DNA from: Octopus vulgaris
Lineage: Eukaryota
NCBI GenBank assembly: GCA_951406725.2
Contig: OX597838.1
Coordinates: 1,302,001 to 1,366,000 of the forward strand
Reading direction: 5' to 3'
Length of the DNA stretch: 64,000 nucleotides
A program made the position numbers and the translations under genes. Below the pieces are notes generated by a model that was given only the letters and a program-made list of their open reading frames with translations, did not search any database and was not told the DNA's origin. Of this stretch, positions 1 to 15,626 are shown piece by piece (within the stretch, counting starts at the first letter, position 1; the number at the start of each line of letters is the position of its first letter).

Positions 1-76
1 GCTTAAAATCTAAAAACGAACAAGGGCGATAATTCTAATAACAGCAGAAAATACCAATTTTAAGAAAATAAAGATA

Positions 77-350
77 TGGTGTTGCTGTGAAGTAATAAGT
101 TTGCTTCCCTACAACATGGTTCTGGGGTCAGTTCTGCTACGTGGTACGTTGAACCAGTGCCTTCTAATGTAGCCTCAGGCCGACCAAAGCCTTGTGAGTG
201 GATTTTGTGGGCGAAAACTGTGTATGTGTGTGTGTGTGTGGGGGGGGGGGGTCAGCATCGCTTGACGACTGGTGAGATCGACAGAAAATAAGTACTGGGG
301 TCGATTTGTTCGATTAAACGCTTCAAGGTCTTGCTACAGCATGGCCGCCC
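77..350 (+). mobile_element. Degenerate tRNA-derived SINE (family A)
   Basis: Matches the family A copies at 3290-3706 and 32215-32547 (gccgaccaaagccttgtgagtggattt, cagcatggccgc), with an internal (TG)n. Confidence 0.7.
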
Positions 351-486
351 ACCATCCATACAGTATAAAGAAGGAGATTGCTCCTCATTGTCTACAACGT
401 CGAGCGAAGGCTATTATATGTAGCGATCAGATTAAGAAACACTCTACTATATAACAACTACCCAGCAAGCATACTATCTACCCCAG

Positions 487-714
487 TTAGGAGGAGCGGG
501 GAAGGATGAAACTCAAGAAAATCTTGTCAGAGGCCGCTCGGGAAATATCTAAAAGACATGCTATCCACATGACATCAGGACAGGATTCTCGCAGGCATTT
601 CTTCTCCCCATTTACATATTTTCTCAAGCTATTTCTTTTTATTGCTTCATCTTGAGCCACTATAATTAGGTTCTCTGTTTCTTTTTTAATTGACCTTTTT
701 TCAACCAAGCCCAA
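487..714 (-). mobile_element. Small R4/Dong-like non-LTR fragment
   Basis: ETENLIIVAQDEAIKRN resembles ESEDFILAAQDQSLLTRN in the element at 2182-3013. Confidence 0.5.
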
Positions 715-1122
715 GATGTTCTGGGTTCAAATTTCACCGAGATCAACTTTGCCTTTCATCCTTTCGGGGTCAATAAAATAAGTACCAGTTGAGTACTGGG
801 ATCGATGCAATCGACTTACCTCTTTCCTTGAACTTGCGGGCCTTGAACCAATATTTGAAATCGTTATTATTATTGTTATTTTACTTCTCAGAGCTCTCCG
901 TCTTACTTGCTTTGGTTGATTCTGAGCAAGCGAATAGCAGCCTGATGCCAGAGGTCTCACAGTGTCTCTTTCTGCAAATTATAAGACTTGGTACTTGAAT
1001 GTGAAGCGGCGAGCTGGCTGAATCGTTAGCACACCGGGCGAAATGCTTAGATGTTCTGGGTTCAAATCCCACCGAAGTCGACTTTGCTTTTCATCCTTTC
1101 GGAGTCGATGAAATAAGTTCCA
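715..1122 (+). mobile_element. Two partial family B SINEs flanking a short AAT-tailed fragment
   Basis: The core ctttgcctttcatcctttcggggtc..ataaa occurs near 747 and 1082; head ggcgagctggc at 1008. Confidence 0.7.
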
Positions 1123-1986
1123 GTTTCGCGAACTTAGAACACTATAGCTGCAACAGCCTCGCTGTATCCACACACCCCGACAAGAAAAGTGTGTGGCGGG
1201 GTACAAGTCGACAGTATAGTCCCTCACATACAAAACGACATTCGTGATAAAAATAATTAAACTTATCTGAGCATTTCTTGCGGTATTCATTAAGTTTGTT
1301 GTTTAGAAGACAGATAAACCTTGTTAAAGCTGCCGATGTTGTTGCTGTTATTAGTTGAAATTTATAGGCTGTCGTGACGGGGGATGTGTAAACAGTGGTA
1401 GCGGTGGCGGCGGTGGTAATGTTTGTTGTGGTGGAGTGGTGAGGATAGTGGTAATACTAGAAGTGGCAGTGGTAAGAGTAACTGTGCTGTTGTTGTTGTT
1501 GTTGTAGATCGTGGTGATGGAAACATTTAATTTCTTCAACGTTGAAGTCCTTCCAACAAAGAAGCCGTTTGTGACAAATCCATTTCTTCCTCCTCAGAAC
1601 TGCAGTTATGTCGGATCCCTTCTATCTCTGAGTCGACCACAGTTCTTTCACAGACATTCTTTTCTACTATAGGCACAAGACCCGAAATTTTGAGGGAGGG
1701 AGCCAGTCGATTAGCAGACGGAAAATGCAGACTCAAAGTCATGTGTGCATTTAAGTACCCCAAATATATCTAAACAGAAATTCTGTAGCAAGCCTCAGCA
1801 CATGTGTAGACGATCTAAAGTCTGTTTTTCAGCATATTGGCATAGAAAAAATTTTTTCTTTTACCATTATTTATAATTCTTTATAATTTTCACCATAAAA
1901 GGTATTTTAATATGCCGGCCATGGATAAAATTTTACCCTTATATTAGAAGTAAATTTACATATACATACATACATACACACATACA

Positions 1987-2019
<33 letters not shown>

Positions 2020-2148
2020 GTATGTATATTTGTATTTATATATATATATATATATATATGTCCATAGGGGACTGTAGCAGGATGGATTGAAACAACCGTT
2101 GTACAAAACAAAGATTAATACCAAATCCATCTTCTGGTTACTTAAGAA

Positions 2149-2181
<33 letters not shown>

Positions 2182-2183
<2 letters not shown>

Positions 2184-3013
2184 GTTTTTTCTTTCTTTCT
2201 TCAAATTTTCTTCCGTTTCGCGCGAATGTTTTCGATACACCTAGGGCAGAGAAGCTCATTGTATGCATTCCCAGATTACACACGCAAATTCACAGATAAA
2301 ATATGTACTTAAAAATCAATAAATAAATAAATTCATGGATGGATGTTGTTTTCACAGCGATAATGTTAGTACGATTTTTTGCACTTCTTGTAGGGATGGT
2401 AAGCCTGGAATCATTTTCAAATAGGTTTCAGTACCTTTTTTTATCATTCCTAGAGATCCTACAATCACTGGTACTGTAGTCGCCTGGAGATACCACATTT
2501 TTTCAGTTTCTATTAGCAAGTCTATATATTTACTAATCTTGTCAAATTCTTTCGCCGCCATATTGTGATCGCAAGGAATACTCATGTCAATTAATAAGCA
2601 CATCTTTTTTGTCTGATCTTTTATAATAATATCCGGTTTATTAGCTTTTATAGTCCTGTCGGTCTGTACAGGGAAGTCCCATAGAATCGATACATTTTCT
2701 CCCTCAGTCACAGTTTCAGGATGGTGTTTATACCATTTGTCAACGGTTTTGATTTTATAATGCCGACATATTGTCCAATGTAAATACTGGCCGACTCTGT
2801 CATGTCTTGCTTTATATTCTGCAGGTGCTAAGACTCTACACCCTGAGATTAGGTGGTCTATTGTTTCAATCTCACTGTTACAGAATCGGCATTTTGGGTC
2901 AGCTCCATTTTTTATCACATTGGCTTGGTAGTTCCGGGTTAATAAGCTTTGGTCTTGAGCAGCTAATATGAAATCTTCACTCTCTGCTTTTAGCCCTGAG
3001 CTTCGTAACCATT
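2182..3013 (-). mobile_element. 5'-truncated R4/Dong-like non-LTR retrotransposon (zinc knuckle plus restriction-like endonuclease, 3' UTR)
   Basis: CRFC..ETIDHLISGC, RHDRV, ILWDF, KPDIII..LIDMSIP, KISKY, PVIVGSLG motifs. Bounded on both sides by (TAA)n tracts (2149-2182 and 3025-3041). Confidence 0.85.
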
Positions 3014-3211
3014 GGTGCGTGTGTTTATTATTATTATTATTGTTGTTGTTGTTGTTGTTGTTGTTATGTGTGTGTGTGTGTGAGCGAAGGATAGAAATAT
3101 CCAATATTACACTGGTTGAATAATATAGGCAGACACAAATTATTATTATAAAATACAAGAGAAAAAATGGAGATAAGATTATAAATTTTTATTATCTCCG
3201 TCTTCTCTATT

Positions 3212-3280
<69 letters not shown>

Positions 3281-3289
3281 CTTTACTCT

Positions 3290-3522
3290 TTACTCTTTTA
3301 CTCTTTTACTTGTTTCAGTCATTTGACTGCGGCCATGCTGGGGCACCGCCTTTAGTCGAGCAACTCGACCCCGGGACTTATTCTTTTTTTGTAAGCCCAG
3401 TACTTATTCTATCGGTTCCTTTTGCCGAACCGCTAGGTGACGGCGACATAAACACACCAGCATCGGTTGTCAAGCAATGCTAGGGGGGACAAACGCAGAC
3501 ACACAAACATACACGCACATAC

Positions 3523-3558
<36 letters not shown>

Positions 3559-3706
3559 GACAGGCTTCTTTCAGTTTCCGTCTACCAAATCCACTCACAA
3601 GGCTTTGGTCGGCCCGAGGCTATAGTAGAAGACACTTACCCAAGGTGCCACGCAGTGGGACTGAACTCGGAACCATGTGGTTGGTAAACAAGCTACTTAC
3701 CACACA
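3290..3706 (-). mobile_element. tRNA-derived SINE family A, near full length, head clipped at the LINE junction
   Basis: B-box-like ggttccgagttcagtccc, ccttgggtaagtgtctt core, internal (TA)n, 3' ggcggtgccccagcatggccgcagtcaaatgactgaaac and (gtaaaaga)n tail. Confidence 0.85.
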
Positions 3707-3709
3707 GAT

Positions 3710-5480
3710 ATTTATTATTTTTATTTTATTTTATTTAGTTTCAGCTCACGAGCTGTGGCCATGCTGGAGCACCGCCATTTGGTGTTGCTACATGATTTTA
3801 CTTCACGAATGCTTTTTAGCAATTGTCATTTGGTGCATGAGAGAGTTCGATGCAGCTGCCCGCATCTGCACCTCCTGCCGTGAAGTTGGTTCATCTGGGA
3901 CACCTGAGGAAGAGATCCAGTTTTATTTTAAAGTCATCTGCATCCACCCCATGCAGGTCTCTTAGGTTCTTCGGGAGATATTGAAGAGCTGTGGGCCTCT
4001 GAAGCCCAGGCTATCACAGTATCTTGTCCTACATCTTGATGGCAAATTTGAAGTCCTTGGCACTATGTAGTGGCGCCCAGTTCTAGCATTCGTGTAACTC
4101 TCGATGCCAAAGTTTGGGACAAGTCCTTCTAGGATCTTCCAGATGTATATTATGGCATATCGTTCTTGCCTACGCTCTAAGGAATAGAGTCTTAATCTCT
4201 TGAGTCTTTTCCAGTAGCTTATATGCTGCGCAGAGGCTATCTTCTTCGTGTAGCTTCGTTGGATCGCCTCAAGTTCTGTGATTAACTTGACACTGGATGG
4301 TGAACATAGCTAAGAGCAATAGTCAAAGTGGCTTAGGATAAGTGTCCTCCAGAGGACCATCATGGTTTCCTGGTCTCTTGTTCTAAAGGTTCTAAGAATC
4401 CATCTGGTCAGCCGCCTACATTTCATTGCCAATTTAGTAACATGCACATGAAAAGTTGCATCATCACTCATGTAAATACCCAGGTCTCGCACTGATTGTG
4501 CCTCTGGGATTGCAATCCCTCCAGGTCCCGTGTATTTATTGGGTATTGCATTTAGTTTTGCATGCTGATAGCATAAAACTTGAAACTTTTCAGCATTGAA
4601 CTGCATGCTATTCTTTTCAGCCCACTTGTATATTTTGTCCAGCTCACATTGCAGGGGCATAGTGTCTTCAGGGTTCTGTATTTCCTGTGAAACTTTTGTA
4701 TCATCTGCATAACTTGTGATCGTGGCTCTCTGCGTGGCTGAGAGCATGTCTGAGAGGGCCATTATGAACAGTAGTGGTCCCAAAACAGTGCCTTGTGGAA
4801 CACCGCTCACTATTTGCGTGTTATTGGAGGTGGCCCCATTGGCTACTACCACCTGACTCCTATCCTTCAGAAGTCATGAAGCCATTCTCCCAATTTTCCA
4901 ACTATGCCAAGATCACGCAGTTTGTGACATATCATTCCATGATCGACTTTATCAAAGGCCTTTGCAAAGTCGAGATATATGACTTCCACATTTGAGTGGT
5001 TGAGCAGTCGTTTCAGCACCCAGTCATAGTGTTGTAGGAGCTGAGTTAGGCAGCTTCTTCCTGGTCGAAAACCATGTTGGGTGTCAGGCAGCAAGTAATT
5101 TTCTTCAAGGAAGGTGATTAGTTTCCTTCTGACAATTTGTTCCATGACCTTGCTGATGTGTGAGGTCAGAGAGATAGGTCTAAGTTTGCCAGTTGCAAGG
5201 AAGCTCTGAAAGAGGAACTGCAGTGGTCTTGCTAGGACTCTCTTACATACTTTTAGAAGGATTGCCGGGAATCCATCGGGGCCAGTAGCTGAGTTTGTTT
5301 TCACTTCATCTATAGCCTTTATTACATCGTCTTCCTTTATATTGATCTAATCAATCATCACTGCCTCTGATTTTATATCTGCAGTGGTAAAGAAGTCAGT
5401 TGGATTGCTGACTTGAAAATGTCCTAGGGGTGGAGTGCAAATACTCTTGAATTGCTCATTTAGTATTTCACTTATCCTCA
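3710..5480 (-). mobile_element. 5'-truncated CR1/L2-group LINE, RT pseudogene
   Basis: GPDGFP, RPISLTS, QHGFRPGRSC, YLDFAKAFDKVDH, SGVPQGTVLGPLLF, YADDTK, RDLG and WILRTF motifs across disrupted ORFs 4867-5304 and 4310-4852; (TAAAA)n tail at 3710-3737. Confidence 0.92.
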
Positions 5481-5648
5481 TATATATATAAATTTTTATT
5501 AATCGTATCTCCATCTTCTATTTTAGTTTATATATATATATATATATATACTAATACATCTCTTATTCTAATACATCTGTTATGCTAATATATCTGTTTG
5601 TTTTGTCCACATGTCTTCGTTTTTTGCTTGTTCCGATTTTTCTCTTCT

Positions 5649-5685
<37 letters not shown>

Positions 5686-5715
5686 TTATTAATCTTATCT
5701 CCGTCTTCTCTTTTT

Positions 5716-5772
<57 letters not shown>

Positions 5773-5775
<3 letters not shown>

Positions 5776-6009
5776 GGAGTAAACATATAAATGTGAAACA
5801 AGGTGGAAAAAGAGTACTCAAATACCAGTGCTAGAGTAATATGCTTTATTTAAAGCAGCAGAAAATTCAACAAAACCTGTTTCTCTGAGTTTCCCGTTGC
5901 CGTTCATCGGACAGTTTTTGCTAGAAAAAACAGCAAAAACTGTCCGATGAACGGCAACGGGAAACTCAGAGAAACAGGTTTTGTTGAATTTACTGCTGCA
6001 TTAAATAAA

Positions 6010-6010
<1 letters not shown>
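5773..6010. mobile_element. Short Penelope-like terminal-repeat element with 79-bp fold-back and mutated hammerhead motif in each arm
   Basis: Arms 5844-5922 and 5932-6010. Motif aaaaactgt-CCGATGA-acggcaacgg-GAAAC-tcaga-GAA-acaggtttt. Same family as 7570-7722. Confidence 0.75.
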
Positions 6011-6053
<43 letters not shown>

Positions 6054-6134
6054 TAATATATCGGTTATACTAATAAATTTGTTTGCTTTGTACACCACCT
6101 GGTTTCGTGTTTTGTTTTTTCGTAAACTCCCCCA

Positions 6135-6165
<31 letters not shown>

Positions 6166-6191
6166 AATTTTTATTAATCATATCTCCCCCG

Positions 6192-6241
<50 letters not shown>

Positions 6242-6373
6242 TAATACATCAGTATGTTTTGTACACCACCTGTCTTCGTGTTTTGCCTTTTTCGTCTTCT
6301 CTTCTGGTTTATATATATATATATATAAATTTTTATTAATCTTAACTCCGTCTTCTCTTTTGCCTTATATACA

Positions 6374-6410
<37 letters not shown>

Positions 6411-6547
6411 TAAGTAATTAAGGGTTTAGCAACGAATTGCCTCACCACACACCGAATGTAGAAATAGCAGTCAAACCACAGCACTTAAAAGGCAAATAAC
6501 GCAGGCAAAAGAGAAAGAAATGACGACAATCATTCTATATTAAGTCA

Positions 6548-6638
6548 CCTACGGACGTACGTTTCGAAATTAAGTCATAGGAAAGCATAAAAATTAAATA
6601 ATTATGTCTTACCCGACTATTTTTCTCCTCAGCTTAGG
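6548..6638 (-). ncRNA. Type I hammerhead ribozyme motif with long stem II
   Basis: Minus strand reads cctaag-CTGAGGA-gaaaaatagtc...gacttaatttc-GAAAC-gtac-GTC-cgtagg: full core, stem I with one mismatch, palindromic stem III (ACGTACGT). Lies in an insert at ~6410-6853 within (TA)n. Confidence 0.75.
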
Positions 6639-6851
6639 ATTCTTCAATTATAAATAATTGCGTCTCAATCATTAATAATTGTGTATTAAATTTGGAGGCA
6701 CTAGAAGATATCACCTCCACTCATGGTATCAGAGCGAGCGTAAGCCATTACCAGTACCACCAAATTCAAAGGGTGAATGAAAGTATGTGTCTCCATCCTC
6801 TTCCCACCAGCGTGCTGCCAGAATAAGATGTTGCGGTTATTTACTGGGATG

Positions 6852-6934
<83 letters not shown>

Positions 6935-7055
6935 TATATATATATATAAATATATACTAATACATCTGTTATTTCAATACAACTGTTATACTAATACATT
7001 TGTTTGTTTTGTACACCAACTGTCTTCGTGTTTCGTTTTTTTCGTCTTCTCTTCT

Positions 7056-7119
<64 letters not shown>

Positions 7120-7291
7120 TAAGAAAGTTTGTTTGGTAAAGCACGTGGGTGAATATATAAGAAAATAGTAATGAGTGAAAAAGCGACAGAAGGCTTAAAT
7201 GTTAAAAAATATATATATTTGCGTCAAAATGTCTGGAGAATATTGGAAAAATTTTTTTCCTCCTTAAAATGACATAATTTTATAATTTTTA

Positions 7292-7330
7292 AAGAAATAC
7301 CGGTTTCGCAGTTAGCTCTTCAAATTTCTT
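7292..7330 (-). ncRNA. Minimal hammerhead motif, core variant UUGAAGA
   Basis: Minus strand reads aagaaat-TTGAAGA-gc-taact-gc-GAAAC-cg-GTA-tttctt; stem I aagaaa/tttctt; palindromic ACCGGT. In an insert at ~7117-7405. Confidence 0.6.
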
Positions 7331-7492
7331 GTGACTTAATGTTTATTTTTAATAACGTAATCCTTGTATTTTTGCTACGGAGAGTTCTAAATAAGGGAAA
7401 GTACTATATTCCAATACAACTGTTATACTAATACATCTGTTTGTTTTGTACACCAACTGTCTTCGTGTTTCGTTATTTTCGTCTTCTCTTCT

Positions 7493-7536
<44 letters not shown>

Positions 7537-7574
7537 TATACTAATACATCTAATATATACTAATAATTCCAGCA

Positions 7575-7621
7575 AAAACTATCTGATGAACGGCAACGAG
7601 AAACTCAGAGTAACAGATTTT
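7575..7621 (+). ncRNA. Minimal hammerhead motif in a short element (7570-7722)
   Basis: aaaactat-CTGATGA-acggcaacga-GAAAC-tcaga-GTA-acagatttt. Core intact; stems I and II imperfect. Confidence 0.6.
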
Positions 7622-8178
7622 GTTGAATTTTGGGCTGCTTTAAATAAAGCATATTACTCTACCACTGGTATTTGAGTACTCTTTTTTTCCACCTTGTTTC
7701 ACATTTATGTGTTTACTCCGGTATATATATATATAAATATATACTAATACATCTGTTATTCCAATACACCTGTGATACTAATACATCTGTTTGTTTTGTA
7801 CACCAACTGTCTTCGTGTTTGGTTTTTTGCGTCTTCTCTTCTGGTTTATATATATATATATATATAAATATATACTAATACGTCTGTAATTTCGATACAA
7901 CTGTTATACTAATACATCTGTTTGTTTTGTACACCAACTGTCTTCGTCTTTCGTTTTTTTCGTCTTCTCTTCTGGTTTATATATATATCTATCTATATAT
8001 ATAAATATATACTAATTCATCTATTATTTCAATACAACTGTTATAGTAATACATCTATTATTTCAATACAACTGGTATAGTAATACATCTGTTATTTCAA
8101 TACATTTGTTATACTAATACATCTGTATGTTTTGTACACCAACTGTCTTCGTGTTTTGCCTTTTTCGTCTTCTCTTCT

Positions 8179-8221
<43 letters not shown>

Positions 8222-8327
8222 TAATACATCTGTTATTTCAATACAACTTTTATACTAATACATCTGTTTGTTTTGTACACCAACTGTCTTTATGTTTCGT
8301 TTTTTTCGTCTTCTCTTCTGGTTTATA

Positions 8328-11175
<2,848 letters not shown>

Positions 11176-11185
11176 CTTCTCTTCT

Positions 11186-11227
<42 letters not shown>

Positions 11228-11229
<2 letters not shown>

Positions 11230-11527
11230 GGTCCCGGGTTGATTCGGGGTTAACCACAGTAAATAATATATATATATTATATAAAAGGGCTTAGTAAAAT
11301 AAATTACTTTGCCGCATACTGAACTCATTAGAAATAGCAGCTAAAAAAAACTTTTTTAAAAACTATTTCCAATACTTAAAGAAAACCTCAGTATGCGGCA
11401 AAGTAATTTATTTTACTAAGCCCTTTTATATAATGTAATAATTTGAATTCGCCTTAAATGGTCCCTTTGTATACTGAATACTTGGTGAAATTGATTAATT
11501 AATTAATTTTACCCTCAATTGTTGAAA
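11228..11527. mobile_element. Short insert in (TA)n with 45-bp inverted repeat
   Basis: attatataaaagggcttagtaaaataaattactttgccgcatactga (11277-11322) is inverted at 11389-11433. Shares agaaatagcag with the 6410 insert. Confidence 0.6.
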
Positions 11528-11664
11528 TATATATATATATATATAAATATATATATAAATATACACGAATACATCTGTTATTTCAATACAACTGTAATAC
11601 TAATACATCTGTTTGTTTTGTACACCAACCGTCTTCGTGTTGCGTATTTTCGTCGTCTCTTCTG

Positions 11665-11713
<49 letters not shown>

Positions 11714-11826
11714 TATACTAATACATCTGTTATTTCAATACAACTGTTATACTAATACATCTGTTTGTTTTGTACACCAACCCTCTTCGTGTTTCGTTTT
11801 TTTCGTCTTCTCTTCTGGTTTATATA

Positions 11827-11905
<79 letters not shown>

Positions 11906-12042
11906 TATGCTAATACATCTGTTATTTCAATACAACTTTTATACTAATACATCTGTTATTTCAATACAACTTTTATACTAATACATCTGTTTGTTTTGTA
12001 CACCAACTGTCTTCGTGTTTCGTTTGTTTGGTCTTCTCTTCT

Positions 12043-12114
<72 letters not shown>

Positions 12115-12216
12115 TATACTAATACATCTGTTATTTCAATACATCTGTTATACTAATACATCTGTTTGTTTTGTACACCAACCGTCTTCGTGTTTCGTTT
12201 GTTTGGTCTTCTCTTC

Positions 12217-12257
<41 letters not shown>

Positions 12258-12370
12258 TATACTAATACATCTGTTATTTCAATACATCTGTTATACTAAT
12301 ACATCTGTTTGTTTTGTACACCAACCCTCTTCGTGTTTCGTTTTTTTCGTCTTCTCTTCTGGTTTATATA

Positions 12371-12421
<51 letters not shown>

Positions 12422-12536
12422 TATATATAAATATACACTAATACATCTGTTATTTCAATACAACTGTTATACTAATACATCTGTTTGTTTTGTACACCAA
12501 CCGTCTTCGTGATTCGTTTTTTCGTCGTCTCTTCTG

Positions 12537-12587
<51 letters not shown>

Positions 12588-12698
12588 TAAATATACACTA
12601 ATACATCTGTTATTTCAATACAACTGTTATACTAATACATCTGTTTGTTTTGTACACCAACCGTCTTCGTGATTCGTTTTTTCGTCGTCTCTTCTGCT

Positions 12699-12751
<53 letters not shown>

Positions 12752-12864
12752 TAAATATACACTAATACATCTGTTATTTCAATACAACTGTTATACTAAT
12801 TCATCTGTTTGTTTTGTACACCAACCCTCTTCGTGTTTCGTGTTTTTCGTCTTCTCTTCTGGTT

Positions 12865-12955
<91 letters not shown>

Positions 12956-13053
12956 TAATACATCTGTTATTTCAATACAACTTTTATACTAATACATCTG
13001 TTTGTTTTGTACACCAACTGTCTTCGTGTTTCGTTTCTTTGGTCTTCTCTTCT

Positions 13054-13101
<48 letters not shown>

Positions 13102-13208
13102 TATACTAATACATCTGTTATTTCAATACATCTGTTATACTAATACATCTGTTTGTTTTGTACACCAACCCTCTTCGTGTTTCGTTTTTTTCGTCTTCTC
13201 TTCTGGTT

Positions 13209-13276
<68 letters not shown>

Positions 13277-13391
13277 TATATATAAATATACACTAATACA
13301 TCTGTTATTTCAATACAACTGTTATACTAATACATCTGTTTGTTTTGTACACCAACCGTCTTCGTGTTTCGTTTTTTCGTCGTCTCTTCTG

Positions 13392-13442
<51 letters not shown>

Positions 13443-13569
13443 TATAAATATACACTAATACATCTGTTATTTCAATACAACTGTTATACTAATACATCTG
13501 TTTGTTTTGTACACCAACCCTCTTCGTGTTTCGTTTTTTTCGTCTTCTCTTCTGGTTTATATATATATA

Positions 13570-13622
<53 letters not shown>

Positions 13623-13720
13623 TAATACATCTGTTATTTCAATACAACTTTTATACTAATACATCTGTTTGTTTTGTACACCAACTGTCTTCGTGTTTCG
13701 TTTGTTTGGTCTTCTCTTCT

Positions 13721-13774
<54 letters not shown>

Positions 13775-13893
13775 TATACTAATACATCTGTTATTTCAAT
13801 ACATCTGTTATACTAATACATCTGTTTGTTTTGTACACCAACCCTCTTCGTGTTTCGTTTTTTTCGTCTTCTCTTTTGGTTTATATATATATA

Positions 13894-13945
<52 letters not shown>

Positions 13946-14318
13946 TATATATAAATATACACTAATACATCTGTTATTTCAATACAACTGTTATACTATT
14001 ACATCTGTTTGTTTTGTACACCAACCGTCTTCGTGTTTCGTTTTTTCGTCGTCTCTTCTGCTTTATATATATATATATATAATATATGCTAATACATCTG
14101 TTATTTCAATACAACTTTTATACTAATACATCTGTTTGTTTTGTACACCAACTGTCTTCGTGTTTCGTTTGTTTGGTCTTCTCTTCTGGTTTATATATAT
14201 ATATATAAATATATACTAATACATCTGTTATTTCAATACATCTGTTATACTAATACATCTGTTTGTTTTGTACACCAACCCTCTTCGTGTTTCGTTTTTT
14301 TCGTCTTCTCTTCTGGTT

Positions 14319-14394
<76 letters not shown>

Positions 14395-14572
14395 TATATA
14401 TAAATATACACTAATACATCTGTTATTTCAATATATATATATAAATATATACTAATACATCTGTTATTTCAATACATCTGTTATACTAATACATTTGTTT
14501 GTTTTGTACACCAACCCTCTTCGTGTTTCGTTTTTTTCGTCTTCTCTTCTGGTTTATATATATATATATTTA

Positions 14573-15560
14573 TAATCTCAAGATTAATCAGCCGAAATTA
14601 CTACGATGATCCGGTTCTTGACTGAAGACTGAGGGTTTCGAATGTCCTGTCCGTGTTTATTGTGTCGTCTTCTAAGAGTTATACGGTCTTGTCCATGTTG
14701 TATTTTTCTACATACCTTAACATATATTCCAGGCGCCCCGTACCCCCCTTAACATTTATGTGAGCACATATTCTTAATAATTGGTACGACTCTCTGTTTG
14801 TCTCTCTCTCTCTCTCATTTTTACTTGATCTGTCCCCCTCTCTCTCTTTTCTCTCTACTCATCCTCTTTTTCTCTTCTCTTTCCTCTGATTCTTTGGTCT
14901 AGTCTTCCACTACCCTCCTATTTCTTTGTCTCGCTCTGCACTCACAGGTCATTCTTCGACACCCATCCCTTCTCCTCTCTGATTCCTTCTTTCTCTCTCT
15001 TCTCTCTCTTTGTTGCGTTTGTCCCTCCTCTCTCTCTCTCTTCCTTTGCTTCTCTTTCTTTTCTTTTCCCTCTTCTCTGTCACGTGACTGTTGGCCGAAA
15101 TCTGCCTTTCAGCCTCTGACCCTCGTTCTGTTAACATCGCTGTTTTCGTCCGCCACTATAAAGGCTTTTTCCATTGCGCCAGAGAAAAAATTTGTTTGCT
15201 TGTTATCAGTCGTAAGACACTGTTGTTTTCACCGTTAATGCTTCTGTATTTCATGTTTCTGTATTCCATTATTGTTTTTTGTTTTTTTATATCTGTCCCT
15301 TTTGCTGTCCTGGTGTTCGTATGCATTCGATCCTTCTTCCAGGAAATCTACGCTTCCAGCTTAGTTTTTCTAATGCTCGTTGCTTGGTTTTTCTTGGAGG
15401 GCTGGCCGTGATCTAGTAATCTCAAGATTAATCAGCCGAAATTACTACGATGATCCGGTTCTTGACTGAAGACTGAGGGTTTCGAATGTCCTGTCCGTGT
15501 TTATTGTGTCGTCTTCTAAGAGTTATACGGTCTTGTCCATGTTGTATTTTTCTACATACC

Positions 15561-15564
<4 letters not shown>
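14573..15564 (+). mobile_element. Non-coding 992-bp element with 148-bp terminal direct repeats (pLTR or retrozyme-like partial tandem)
   Basis: 14573-14720 appears identical to 15417-15564; inserted in (TA)n; no TG..CA LTR ends and no credible ORF. Confidence 0.75.
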
Positions 15565-15626
<62 letters not shown>

